NCBI GenBank assembly: GCA_044892525.1
Contig: CM097886.1
Coordinates: 136,400,001-136,464,000 of the forward strand
Source of the DNA: Schmidtea polychroa
Taxonomy: Eukaryota
Direction of reading: 5' to 3'
DNA: 64,000 bases
The notes under the pieces were generated by a model. It was not told where the DNA came from. It saw nothing but the letters and a program-made list of their open reading frames with translations, and searched no databases. Of this stretch, positions 1-12,732 are shown piece by piece (position 1 is the stretch's first letter; the number at the start of each line of letters is the position of its first letter). A program made the translations under genes and the position numbers.

Positions 1-1877
1 TTAAAGTAACATTTAAAAACAGATTGTTAAAATTTTAATTTAAAAAGAAAATTATCATAATTTTTTTCTGAAGGTCAAAGTAAGATATGAAACAAGTTCT
101 TATGTCAAGCGGTTCGTAAGTTGAGGTAAGATATCTGTCATATTTTGTGTATCAAAATAAGCCTTATTGACATTGAAAATATTTCTGTTAATTATTCATG
201 AAATATATCTTATCCTGGAAACTGCCCTATGCTTCAAAAGGTTCTGCAGTTAACAAAAGTCCTATTTTAAAAATTGCTGAGCGCATGCTTGGTTATTATT
301 TGTTTTGACAACGCTAGTAATTTTGGCTTTTCCTGACTGAAACTAATAAAAGACATCTTCAATCAGCTATAAACCAGACCCCCAAAATATCGAAAATGGT
401 TTATTTTAATGTTTTAGATAATGAATGAGAAAATTAATTTATTATAGATTCGATGTCCCTTTTACGTTGTATATAATTATGTATTTGGAGTTTTAATTTG
501 AAATAAATTATTATAATTTAATATTAATAAAATTAAGAAGTACATATAAATGTATTTTTACCCTGTATAATTTAGAGAAACTGATCAGGCTCTTTAATTT
601 CTAACATTTAATTATTTAATTAAAACAAGATTCTCATCTACTGAAATGCTATATTTATTGAAATATTTTTCTATGTGTTCTCAAATCAAAGGACAAAAAT
701 GAATATTTTGACTTGAATAAATAATTGAAAACGCAAATGAAACTATCCCCGTTCAAATAAAATATCATTCGAGTCTGATAATAATTTATATTTCAAACAG
801 TAAATTTTCCATGAATTCCATCTAACAAAAGATATTATACCTGTTTTTATTAAATTCTATAATTGGGCTCATTTCTATTCTATTATTTATATTTTCATTG
901 CCCAAATCACCTAGCCTAATGTAATCAATTCTGTGATAATATATGATATCAATTCATGAGGAGGAGGAATACAAAGTGGATAATTGTTCAAAATTGGGCT
1001 CTAACAAATCTATGAATAAATAGTTTATGTTCAGAGATTTGGAGTATAAAGGAAATAATTCATCTAAAAGGGGTTCAAAATTATATAGACAACATTGAGA
1101 CTATACGTTTTTGTTGACCTACTGGTTGATGTATTTTTTTCTTTGATTTTATTAACATTTCCTGGGAACTTGATTTTTACACAAAATCTTTTCATCGTTT
1201 TTTTATCTCCTTTGCGAATTTGTTGCGTTTTATTTTAAAATTCTCAAACACAATTTCCAATGAACTCTGTCAGGATTTTGGTTGTTGAATATTTGCATTG
1301 AAATATCTGGACAGTGCGCAATAAGTGATGATGATTTACACCTATGAATTTCATGCACATGGACTTTCACAGCGATTAATATGTCGAAGTGCGATTTTTA
1401 GAATAAAAATTCAGCACAAATTCCAGAAACCCGAATAGTTTAAATTCTAAAAATGAAAGAATTTTTTTAATCTTCTGCAGCTTAAACTAAACATTTAAAG
1501 AACATGAAAATCTGTATGTCTATTATTAGAATTACTGTTTTTGTCAGAATTCTTGGTGTTTACGACATCCATGGTAATACAAAATAATTAGAGATAATTT
1601 AAAATTCCAAATTTAGATTAAAACAACGTTAGTTAACGTTAATTAAACAAAATTTTTTAAGGAGATATATACGCTCAGCTAATTACAAATCACTCAATAC
1701 GACTTACTATTAATTAATTTATTTTAAATTTTATTTTAAAGTTCTTTTTATTTTAAATTTCATCTTACAGCTGTCAGAAAATAAAATAATATATAAATTA
1801 TAGGCTATTTAATTACTAATTATCTTAATAATTCTTCAAATTTCTCTCTCCGTTTAAGTGGGAAGTGGGTTTTCGAG

Positions 1878-1905
1878 ATGCTACAACGCAAATATTTTCG
1901 GACTG
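1878..1905 (+). CDS. Candidate upstream exon of the RNF38/44-like gene (MLQRKYFRT-D)
   Basis: ATG...ACT G|GTACGT is a phase-1 donor matching the phase-1 acceptor at 4127. Could instead be an internal exon starting at 1859 after tttctctctccgtttaag. Confidence 0.35.
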
Positions 1906-2451
1906 GTACGTGGATATATTCTGTAATAAGATTTAATTGAATCTTTGGCGTTAAAATTATAAAATTTATTTTTTCCAGTCTCAAAGTATTACATGTTTTG
2001 TTTAAATGAATTGCGGGATATATTAATATCCGGGATCGGCTGAGCTGATATCTATTAATCCATGAGCTGGTAGTATATCATGACAGGTGCATAATAATTC
2101 TACCTGGGAATATTTTGGCACAGTATTATTAATATATAATCCTCATTGAACTCAAGCTAACACCCTTCTAACCAATATCCTTTCGCAAATTTTTTCAAAT
2201 GTTTTATTATAATCTCATTTGACGTTTATTCATCCATTAATTATTATTGTTTTTTTCATCATTTTTTGCAATAGCTTAGGAATGGGATCTGAAGTTTGTA
2301 TAAAATCACCAGCATCATTTTGATAATTTTCTCAAATAAATTTTATATTTTTTAAGATTTTTTCCAATTTACATTACAATAAATTTGTCAATAAATTTAT
2401 CATTGTTTTAATAAAAATTCCCAATTTGCTCAAATATATTTTGAAATAATC

Positions 2452-2523
<72 letters not shown>
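2452..2523. repeat. (AAT)n microsatellite
   Basis: Direct reading of the ataataata run. Confidence 0.95.
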
Positions 2524-2717
2524 GTATTAGTAATAGTAATAAATACAATGTCAATTGAAAAGAAATCAGTGGTGAAAATTGAAAAAAAGTTCTTATAATA
2601 ATAGTAATAATAATATTATTATAAGAACTTGTTTTCCAATTTCACCACTGATATTTTTTCTATTGAATTTATTAAAAAAGAGCTTATCAGTAAATATATC
2701 GATGTTCTTTTTTCATG

Positions 2718-2752
2718 TTCACGAATTTTCGGCACTGTCTTTTTCAAGCGAC
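2718..2752 (-). ncRNA. Degenerate minimal type-I hammerhead ribozyme (PLE family 1)
   Basis: Minus strand GTCGC TTGAAAA A GAC AGT GCC GAA AATT C GTGAA; mismatches in helices I and II. Confidence 0.55.
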
Positions 2753-3213
2753 TTTGATCATTATTAAATTTACAACTTATTGTTGGGGAAAATTAAATTT
2801 ATTTCGTATTTTATATTTACTGGTTAATTTTTAAATTATATTTTAATTTTAATTATATTTTATATTTTTTATATTTTATTTTATAATTTAAAATTTTTTT
2901 AAAAAACGTTTTTTATATATTTTTAATTTAAATAAATAAATGTCTCTGGGATTTTTTTTAATTTAGTTGAATGTTGATGGATGGCTTATGTTTTTTTTTT
3001 ATATACAGAGTCTCTGCGGCTAATTTTTGCAATGTATTTTTGAACGCATCTTGTAATATTTTGCAAATATTACTCCAAGAGGCATATTACATAAAAAGAA
3101 TATGTCAATAAGCCAGTAATATACCTACGCTTCCCTTTTTTAAACAATAAGACATGTAATATAATCAGAGCTTACATTCGCAATATGGAGTTTCAAGTAC
3201 ATATTCGCCCAAT

Positions 3214-3495
3214 TTGACAACCACTGCACCTTTGAAATCACAGCTTCGTAAGTCTCAAAAATCTCTAACATCAGATCTATTTCATCGAGATTGTATATGC
3301 CAATCCTCCACCAAATGTTTTTGCTTCTCAAAAAACATTGTATACCAAATCTCTTGCACAAGATGCGACACATCGTACATTGGCGAAATACATAGAACGT
3401 TCCAAACAAGACTCAACGAACACATCAAAAACAAAACCAGTAATTATCACGAACACTGGAAAAAAGTACACAAATCAGCACCACTCATTCATTAA
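3214..3495 (+). pseudogene. Penelope-type GIY-YIG endonuclease fragment
   Basis: NIVYQISCTRCDTSYIGEIHRTFQTRLNEH matches the PLE endonuclease motif. The frame continues past a stop as ...LAAETLYIK. Confidence 0.88.
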
Positions 3496-3808
3496 ACAAA
3501 ATGCAAAATATTACAATATGCGTTCAAAAATACATTGCAAAAATTAGCCGCAGAGACTCTGTATATCAAAAAAACATAAACCATCCATCAAAATTCAACT
3601 AAATTAAAAAAAAATCCCAGAGACATTTATTTATTTAAATTAAAAATATATAAAAAACGTTTTTTAAAAAAATTTTAAATTATAAAATAAAATATAAAAA
3701 ATTGGATATATAATTAAAATATAATTTAAAAATTAACCAGTAAATATAAAATACGAAATAAATTAATTATTCTCCAACAATAAGTTTGTAAATTTTATAA
3801 TGATCAAA

Positions 3809-3842
3809 TTCACTTGAAAAAGGCAGTGCGAAAATTCGTGAA
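3809..3842 (+). ncRNA. Minimal type-I hammerhead ribozyme (PLE family 1), one base lost in helix II
   Basis: TTCAC TTGAAAA A GGC AGT GC GAA AATT C GTGAA at the 3' end of the pseudo-LTR. Confidence 0.6.
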
Positions 3843-4126
3843 CATAAAAAAAACATCGATATATTTACTGATTTATAGTCTTCCAGCTCTTTTTAATAAA
3901 AATATTAATATCTTTGTTGTATCTTTGTTGTTTTTTAATTCTCTGAAAATCCTCGATTTAAAATAATCCTTTTCAATTTAATACGAAACCTGAATGTTAT
4001 AATCTTTCCATTTGAAATATCACTCAAAATCAAGAGTAAAATGCTCACTAGTTAATTGAATGATTAATAAAACACTTTAATGACAAATTATCAATATTTT
4101 TATTGTATTTAATTATGATTTCATAG

Positions 4127-4473
4127 ATAATTTTATTGATCTCACTGAACCGGATCCTGACTCTATTAACAACAGTATCAATCAAATTAATGAAAGATTG
4201 ACACCAGAACTATCGAATCGTCATTATCAGTGGTGGCCTTTCAAAAAACATTGCAGTAATCCCAATACAAATCTACAGACCGATTTGGAAAATTCTGCCG
4301 AAACTTTAAGTTTACCTACTCCAGAATTAATTTCCACTTCATCTGGTGGCACATCTCCTGCTATTGAAGATATGCAGATTCTTCCACAATATGACTCATA
4401 TAGTTCGTTTTATGCTTGGCCATCAAATTCCGTCGATTCTTGTAATAATGTTCAACATCAGAGCAATATTGAT
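4127..4473 (+). CDS. RNF38/44-like E3 ligase, N-terminal exon containing a SIM-like IDLT motif
   Basis: Acceptor ttcatag|, open frame NFIDLTEPDPDS...QSNID, donor GAT|GTAAGT. Its phase-0 end fits the exon at 15125. Confidence 0.6.
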
Positions 4474-4928
4474 GTAAGTTTCTTCTTTTTAGTCTTAATT
4501 TCTTTTTTTTCTTTTTATTTATAAAAAGTTAACAGAAATTTCAAACTTTTATTCTTGCAGTTTTACTTTTCAAAGAAAATAACTAACAAATGTATAATAT
4601 TTCATTTTTTAATACAAATTAGTAATGATAACGGCTATTTTTAAAATCTAATGTGAAGTTTAATAATAATATTTATCATTTAATGCACTTATTCAATAAA
4701 TTTATAAATTAATTTCCTTAATCTTGAATATATTTTGTAGGGAATCCAAAATTACCGCTATCGGAAATATGATAACAAAAAAGAAAGAGAATTAAATTTT
4801 AATATTACTTATGTTTATAAAAACTCAAAAAAATCATAAAAATAAACCAATAACCATTGCAACATTTAATTTAAGGAAGTTAAACATTACGTTACGTAAC
4901 GTATAATACTCATCAGTTTTTGATTTAC

Positions 4929-4932
<4 letters not shown>

Positions 4933-5011
<79 letters not shown>
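4933..5011. repeat. (TA)n microsatellite
   Basis: Direct reading. Confidence 0.95.
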
Positions 5012-5016
<5 letters not shown>

Positions 5017-5593
5017 CAATTAAAAGTAACTAAGGGCCAACCTAAAAATTATATTTCATATGTAGTTATTGACAAAATATTTTTAAGGCTTATAAATATC
5101 ACTTTGTTCAATACAACTTTTTTGTCAATTCTTTTTTTGCCTATTAAGACGAGACCGCATTTTAGTGCATATCTGACCTATGGCTGAAGACTCTTTAGTA
5201 TTTAGTACATGAAAGTATAATATTTTCCATTTCAATGTATAATGATAGTATATAAATACATTCGTAACAAATTTATCATCATTTTTAATTTCAATCGACA
5301 ACATGAGATTTTATTTTCAATTGTATCTGAAAATCGACTTTTCTCTATCGAATGATGTATAATTTGTTTAATTTGAACAAATATTTGCAAGCATTGATAT
5401 TTCATCTATTTTCATTCTGAAGTTAAACAAAACTTGTTAAGACTAAGCCGAAATTTTTTTTTGCTTCAAACATTAAATATTTTTTATCTTTTGTCAGAAT
5501 GAATAAAAATGAAAACAAATCAAAAATAACCAAAAAATAAAAGATTTACATTTTATTTTAACTATTTAACCTTTTCGTTACTAGGAGCGTATG

Positions 5594-5721
5594 CAGTGAT
5601 GGGATTAAATTTTCTTTGGAACGGGTACGCTTAATAAATTTTTATTGATTTGTAAAATGTAAAATCCGTACGTACTTACTAGAATTTATTAAGAGCCAGT
5701 ACCGACTGAATCCCATCACTG
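5594..5721. mobile_element. 128-bp hAT-type MITE
   Basis: Perfect 13-bp TIR CAGTGATGGGATT/AATCCCATCACTG; 8-bp TSD agcgtatg/aacgtatg (7/8). Confidence 0.85.
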
Positions 5722-6298
5722 AACGTATGTATATGTTTCGCTCATTGAACGAAGAGCGTATATTTTTATGAGTTTTTACTGCGATATATGAAGATAAACT
5801 TATATATTTCACTTATTCACGCATGTTTGTTATTTTCGTTTCATACTTTACACATATTTGTTTTTAAATGTATTTGATTGTTAGTTTTTAAGCATTTAAA
5901 AACAAATTTATGCTATCTGAAATGATATATAAATATTTCCAAATTGCCCAACTATGTTAGAAAATCCCATTTAATATCTTTTGATGTTAGTTAATCTCTT
6001 CCCGAATTATGTAAATATAGTGGAATATACTGTAAATATATATGTATAATATATGTAAATCAAAAAAATTCAAAATTGTAGCAATTGCTAAACACAAATA
6101 AATAAAAAATTGATTAACTAATTATCAATAATAATATTTGTTAGCAATTTTAGATTACAATGCTCGCAACTTCACATAGATTGAGTTAATTTCACAAGAC
6201 AAGTTCGATTAAAATTATCATCTCTTGGGTTCATTCAACAGCTTAGATTTATTTAAATTATTCGAAAATCTTAATACTTATCGTAGATTGGTTTTCCA

Positions 6299-6998
6299 CA
6301 GTAACGTAGCCAGGATTTCAGCTTGGGGTGGGGGGGGCAAAATTATTAATTATTGCAATTCATCGAGCAATGTTAAAAGTTGACACTGAAAAATAGAAAA
6401 GGATATTTTAAGATAATTAATAAAATTATTATTAATTATTAACAATTACATAGAATATATTACAATATAATATTAATTTATCTTTGTCCATTAATTAGTT
6501 CAGAAAGTATTTCACCCGGACTTATTTTAATATCTTGATGAATATATAACAAAGCCAAACCGTTTAACCTTTTTTCATCCTTGGTATTTCTTAAATATGA
6601 CTTCAGGTAATAAAGTGATGAAAAAGAATGCTCTGCTGTACAAGTTGATACCAGCAAAGTAGCAAATCTTGTGAGAAGAATATAAATATTTTTATAAAAA
6701 ATTGGATCTACAGTAGTAGTCGGTTTGATTTTAATTTCTTCAAATTTTTTGTACCACAGCTTAAACTCATATTCAAGAGTTTTTTTGTTACAATCAATAT
6801 CTTTTTGATAGAAATCAATTAGGTTATCAAAATTTTGAAGTTCTTCGTCCATTTTCTTTAGTTTTTTATTCTCATGACAAAACCAAAAAAAGGTTTTATT
6901 AAAATATTTCATTCCTAATTTATATTTGATCATCTATAATTTATTTTGGGGAGGGGCCAAATACCCCCTATGTTCCCATCCTCTAGCTACGTCCCTTG
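6299..6998 (-). mobile_element. Internally deleted hAT element with a C-terminal dimerization-domain remnant (ORF 6478-6933)
   Basis: STCTAEHSFSSLYYLKSYLRNT..RLNGLALLYIH is the hAT dimerization motif. Imperfect TIRs cagtaacgtagccagga / revcomp caagggacgtagctagagga; degenerate TSD. Confidence 0.8.
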
Positions 6999-7998
6999 AT
7001 TTCCCGTAATTTACACGTTGAATCCGGAATTTTAATGTAATAAATTACGAATATTTTTTTAAAGTGTCGTATTTTCTAAAAACATTTCCCTTTGAAAATG
7101 TTGTTTATTCCCCATATTCCTCTAAATTGTTATACCTACTACACTATGAATTAATCTTTGCGTGTATTACGTCTATATTGTCTTTGATCCCCTATAATTA
7201 CGGTCTTAGAACTGACATTTACCTTTCTTCGGCTTTGACAGTTTTGTCACGGGTCACCTTCTATATTTATTTAATTTCTTGTTTCAGATTTTAAATATTA
7301 AATTTTTATTGCCATATTTTTTTATCCATGTTTTGATTAATTGCGGGTTCTGATAATAATCGTAGCTCTGTTGCTCTTAACACAAAGTCCGACCCCTCAG
7401 AGTTTGTTGAGTTTCAAATTTTAACATATTTTTTATTAAACTGATTGAAATAATAATTATTGATAAAAGTATAAAAAGTAATTGAAATTTATATATTGGT
7501 GCAATACATTGAAACAGGTACTGTTAAATAACCAAACGAACTGTTGTAATTGTCTTGCAACGAGCCATTTTGGTAACACGACTTCAATAGCTACGGGTCA
7601 CACATTCGAAACCCAAGAATGACGGCTATAGTTGCCTTGTCCGTCAGAGTGTTAATATTTACAGACGTTAAAAATAGGAAATGAAGACAAACTAGATAAT
7701 GCTTATTAATGTCTAAATTGATAAATTACAGCTTTTGTTCTTTGAACTTCAATTAATTTTCTATCCGTTTTATATTTGGAAACCTTATGCAAAGCTTCAT
7801 TTATTTTGTATATTAATTGAATTGACAAGTTTCACTTCGTGAATCTTATCTCAGAAACCAATGTTTAAAGTTTGTCGATTTACGGACATTTATTATGCGA
7901 ACGGAACATATTTAGGGTCGCGATTAGATGCTATAACTGTATGATTTTCGCACTGGGTTGTTTAAATATTAGAAATCTATTTTGATATTAGCTTTTAA

Positions 7999-8184
7999 CC
8001 GTTTGCGGACGGAACTAATTTTAATAAGTAGTATACGAAATATACGAAATCTTTTAGTATACGAATGCCCGATATCGTGGTATGATTTCTTTTAAGTTTG
8101 GCCAGCACAGCTGGCTATTATACATTGTTGAATGTGAAGAACAACATTCGTGATCAGCACTGCTGGCCTACCGTCCGCAAACGG
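7999..8184. mobile_element. 186-bp piggyBac-type MITE
   Basis: TIR CCGTTTGCGGACGG/CCGTCCGCAAACGG flanked by TTAA on both sides. Confidence 0.85.
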
Positions 8185-9037
8185 TTAATTTGAAAAATTT
8201 GATTGATTAAATTGCAAATATTTTCCTTGATTCTTTCAATCTCTTTGTGCAGAATTCAACGCAAAGATTCTTATTTGGTTCAAAATTGAAAAAAAGTTCC
8301 TTATTTTGTATTTCTAAAATTATTTCTTTGAGGTTTTTTAAGAACATTCTATAATCTTACTTGTGCATAAATGAAAATGCGGTTTATTCCAGATTGAAAT
8401 ATATTTCAGAGATATAATCTTTACCTTCAGTCATGTATCAAAAGCAAATGCTTAATATTTAAAAGCAATAGTGCTATATGATTATAGAACAATAATTTAA
8501 ATAAGTTTTTGGCTAGATAGTTATTAAAGGATATTAAGATCGTTCAAATTCCTATTTTTATTCATATTTACAGTCCCATGATTTATACAACATCTATTAT
8601 ATAAACAAAACCCGGATAAAACTTGGAGCATTCCATAATGTATGTTCATATTCTGAGCGTTGTCAACATACCGCGATCATACGGACATTCGTTATGGACA
8701 CAGTATTTAATTCATCATATTATAAATTTAATACACCTATTTATATTACAAATACATTTATTGTTGGATTTATTTAACACCCCCCTTTAATTAAAACTCT
8801 TTTTATCCAATAGTTTTAAATTCTCTCAATTATTCAACCTTTCTTGTAATATTCCTTACATAATTCATTATGATGAATTAGCTTCTATCATGTCTTTTAT
8901 TTATAATTGTCCCTGGCCCGTCATATCTCTCGTCTTTAGTATGTATGTCTCGATTCGTTCGTTCTTTATTTTTGCCACATATTCATTTGGATTCATATTA
9001 TTCATATTATAGTTCATTCATTCTCTAAATACCATAC

Positions 9038-10260
9038 CATACACAATCTCGACCGGGCGAAACCGTAGAATAATTGTGGTCTAATCAACAATGTCTCACC
9101 AAATACTGTATCTAAATTATTATAATAACTTCTACACAAAACCTTTTCAATCGAATGTTCTTGAGCTATAGAGCAGAGATGGTAGGCAATCTTCAATGTA
9201 TATAATATTGACTATTACATGCAAATCAGAAATTAGTTAATGTTTGGTGAGATTTATATCTATATGAATTTTGGAATTGCCTTTCGCAATACGTTCGAAA
9301 CTTTTAAAACCTTAAGAATATGAAACGATTAAAATATGCAATTTAGTGTTCTTTCGAGATTTATGGTTCGATAGAGTATAACAAATAATATCAGTTTTGC
9401 CAAACACTAAAATTAAGGATCGAGATCTAAAAATTATCAATTTTAATGTCTCTTGAGTTGGTCAAAATGTTTTTTTAATGGTTGACGAAATAAAACATGA
9501 GGATATATATTAGAAAGATTTTTTGAGATCCCTGACCTACTCGTTTAGAAATATGAGTAATATTATTGAACATAAAAACTTCCCAAAAGAACAACAGATT
9601 TAAATGGTTCTAAAATGTTGTAGGAGTTCTGATAATTATCGTGAAAGGTTGGTTTAATGCATTGTTGATTAGATCACAACTCCTTTCACTTACATTGCTT
9701 AGGATCGTAAAAGGCACGCATATTCCATGTAATTTACAATATGTGTCACTCATCTATGAATTATAATATTAAAAATAAAATTGTATGGAAAAATTCTCAA
9801 GACTCGTTGAATAATCCAAATCCTCAGCTTTTTTTATCAGTGTTTGAGGCGATAAAATATTATGTTGGAAATAACACTGTGCTATTGGATTAAGTAATAA
9901 CTAAGTGCAAATGGCGCTGGCTGGTTGGATGGCTGACTATTGAGAGTGAATGAATAATTAATAATTGTTTAATTAAGTCTCTGTTTATGTCATATAGGAA
10001 AGACTAATTTAATTTAGCATGAATGTCATAAATGCTTTATTCTATTACTAGATTTGATTTAACTTGATTTAATTGTTTTAATTGGTTGTTTATTTTTGTT
10101 TTACAGTTTAGTGGCAATAAATATTAATTTGTTTCAAATGTTAAAGTTCACATTTTGAAATTCGTACTCACCAGCTATTATCATTACTATAACTGCCATA
10201 ATATGAAGGGATAGCTGCTACTGGACGTTGAATCTTGGGCGGCAAATTGAGTATAAAATG
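9038..10260 (-). CDS. Candidate exons of an unidentified antisense gene (10260-10172, possibly 9932-9902, 9190-9038)
   Basis: Splice signals attttaacag|, TG|GTGAGT, cattgaag| and ATG|GTATGG. Open frames HFILNLPPKIQRPVAAIPSYYGSY and IAYHLCSIAQEHSIEKVLCRSYYNNLDTVFGETLLIRPQLFYGFARSRLCM. Confidence 0.45.
9525..9760 (+). repeat. Dispersed repeat, second copy at 16059-16262
   Basis: Shared gagatccc...agaaatatgag(t/g)aatattattgaacataaaaactt..caaaagaacaacagattt...gattagatcacaa.tcctttcactta. Confidence 0.8.
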
Positions 10261-11475
10261 CTGTTAAAATAATAAAATTACTACAAGATTTTTCAGGCTA
10301 ATTTGACATTTTTTCTAAGTTAATTGACAATCAAATTCCTATTACTTTTCAAGAACAAGATTAATGCAATCAATCATATATTATTTNNNNNNNNNNNNNN
10401 NNNNNNNNNNNNNNNNNNNNNNNNNNNNNNNNNNNNNNNNNNNNNNNNNNNNNNNNNNNNNNNNNNNNNNNNNNNNNNNNNNNNNNNNNNNNNNNNNNNN
10501 NNNNNNNNNNNNNNNNNNNNNNNNNNNNNNNNNNNNNNNNNNNNNNNNNNNNNNNNNNNNNNNTCCGCAACCTCCTCCAATAATATTATATATCTGTGCT
10601 ATTGGCGTGCTATTTCAACTCGCTGAACATACTCTCGAGAAGATTTAGAAACGGAACATTAAGGGTTGTGAAGTTTAACTCATAACTCTGCTCGAATATA
10701 TAGTTTTTTATACGCAAGTTTTATTCTACTCCAAGTTTATTCCTTTTTTCGTAGCCGATGAATAAGAATCACAATAAAATCTTTTAAAAAATGGTATTAA
10801 AGGATAAAGCTGGTATTTGAAACGTCACAATACTTTCTTTCAACTTTCTTACTCCATCTATAAAAATGACTTTTCTTCGAGCAAAACCGCTTTATTTTAT
10901 TGCATATCAGAATCATTCAGTGTGGTGTCAACATCTACAATATTGTTCGCTGCTATAAATAAAAGGCATTAACTAACTTATAAATATTTGAAAGGTTTCT
11001 TAACGGTTGTAACCCTACAATTTTCCTCCAATAATTAGGCTTATATTCAATTAATTAAAGTTAATTCCCGATTCCCAATTAGATATAACCTATTCCCATT
11101 TGATCCACTTTCTTAAGTACATGATACGAAAACAATCCTAAAATTGAAAATAATATTATTTAGAAATTGGTTTTTTTGGAAAAAATTTAAAGTTGACTCC
11201 ATAAATTTGTCATTTTCAGAAAATATAAAACTCGAACATTCTTAAATAAAAGGAAAAAATTTGACTGTAAATAGCCAAAAATTTTCCAAAGCTAACAGAT
11301 AAACACTGAATCTGGGAAATTATTTTCGAAAATCCTGGAATTATGAACTGAATGAGAAATTGGTTTAGCGAAAAATACCGCTGAAACAAGGCCATTTTGT
11401 AATTTACAAATATTAAATTCAATTTTTAAAAATTTCTTTTAAATCCAAAATTATTGCCTTTTCATAAAAATATTA

Positions 11476-11702
11476 TAAGAACTTTTTTTCCAATTTCACC
11501 ACTGATTATTTTTTCCATTGAATTTATTAAAAAGAGAGCTTGAAGACTATAAATCAGTAATATATCGATGTTTTTTGATACTCACGAATTTTCGGCACTG
11601 CCGTTTTTAAGTGAATTCACTTAAAACAGGCAGTGCCGAAAATTAGTGAGTATCAAGAAACATCGATATATTACTGATTTATAGTCTTCAAGCTCTCTTT
11701 TT
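11476..11702. mobile_element. PLE family-1 pseudo-LTR ends forming a 174-bp palindrome (11529-11702) with two degenerate hammerheads
   Basis: Arms mirror around GTGAA|TTCAC (11615/11616). Both contain ggcagtgccgaaaatt. Confidence 0.8.
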
Positions 11703-12732
11703 CGTATTAAATTACCCTAACTTTTGCATGTTTGTTCTGCATAATATAATTTCTAAAAATTGCAATAAAATGTCATGTAATAGAAATGTTATAGTCAATT
11801 TGACCCATTAACCACAGTGAAGGAGTATTTGTCTTCGTGTACAGTGTATACCACACCTCTGGTATGTCACACATTACAAAATGTCGAATATTCTGTAAAT
11901 TGCACATGTTGACTTCTCCTTCAAAGTGTAACATAGTGAATATTTTTGTGAATGCAAAATTATTTAATTTATATAGAAAGTATCTTCTCCATTTAATCGG
12001 CATTGTATTTTTTTAATTCCTAGATTTTTCATAAGCAAAAATATTAAAAGTCATGTGATTTGACAGCAGACCATCAGAAGAATTATAAAAGAACATGGAG
12101 AACAGAAACACTTATCTCTACGAAGAATATAATGAATTCAACTGTCTATAAATTCGGTCATTAACAAATTAATTGAAAATTTTTTTAAATTTCCCATTCC
12201 ATAAACTCGATTTTTATATTTTCATTGCAAATAAAAATTAAAAAACATTCCCCCTCATAAAGTTATATGGATATCTCTTTTAATAATTTATTTATATCTG
12301 TCAATTGTTTTCCTTGAATTGATGTTGCGATATGGTTAGATTCTTTTTGCATAATTAATTTTAGATTGTTCACACTGTTACTTGTTTTGCTTGAATGCTA
12401 TTTGTTCCATATTCTATTACGTAAAATGAAATTTAATGGGGTTGTATCGGACAGGTGTAGAGATCAAACAATTAGTTTACCCCATCCTCCTTACTAATGT
12501 GTAACGACACTACCGATTAATGTCTCGAAATTCTCTTCCAATGTGATAGACGCACCCCAATGAAATTTTAGAATGACATTTTACAACATTCTCATAATTC
12601 TCAATTATATAAACTGTTAGTCTTTTAATTCTACTTTCTTTTATCCTTATGAATCGTCTTTTCTCCATCGAATAATGCATAATTTATCCATTTTCATTAA
12701 ATATTTCTTTATTGATTTTTGTAGAAGTAATA

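Larger units (their letters stand above)
2540..3900 (+). mobile_element. 5'-truncated Penelope-like element (family 1): GIY-YIG fragment flanked by inverted pseudo-LTR copies
   Basis: About 2670-3065 is the reverse complement of about 3502-3898 (e.g. atatacagagtctctgcggctaatttttgcaa versus ttgcaaaaattagccgcagagactct). The spacer encodes GIY-YIG. An extra 3'-end copy at 2540-2602 lies tail-to-tail with 2613 onward. Confidence 0.85.

Noticed and set aside
10324-10648. ORFs spanning N-runs (also near 12.8, 19.1, 26.9, 48.6, 57.2 and 61.5 kb)
   Set aside because: Artefacts of assembly gaps translated as X.
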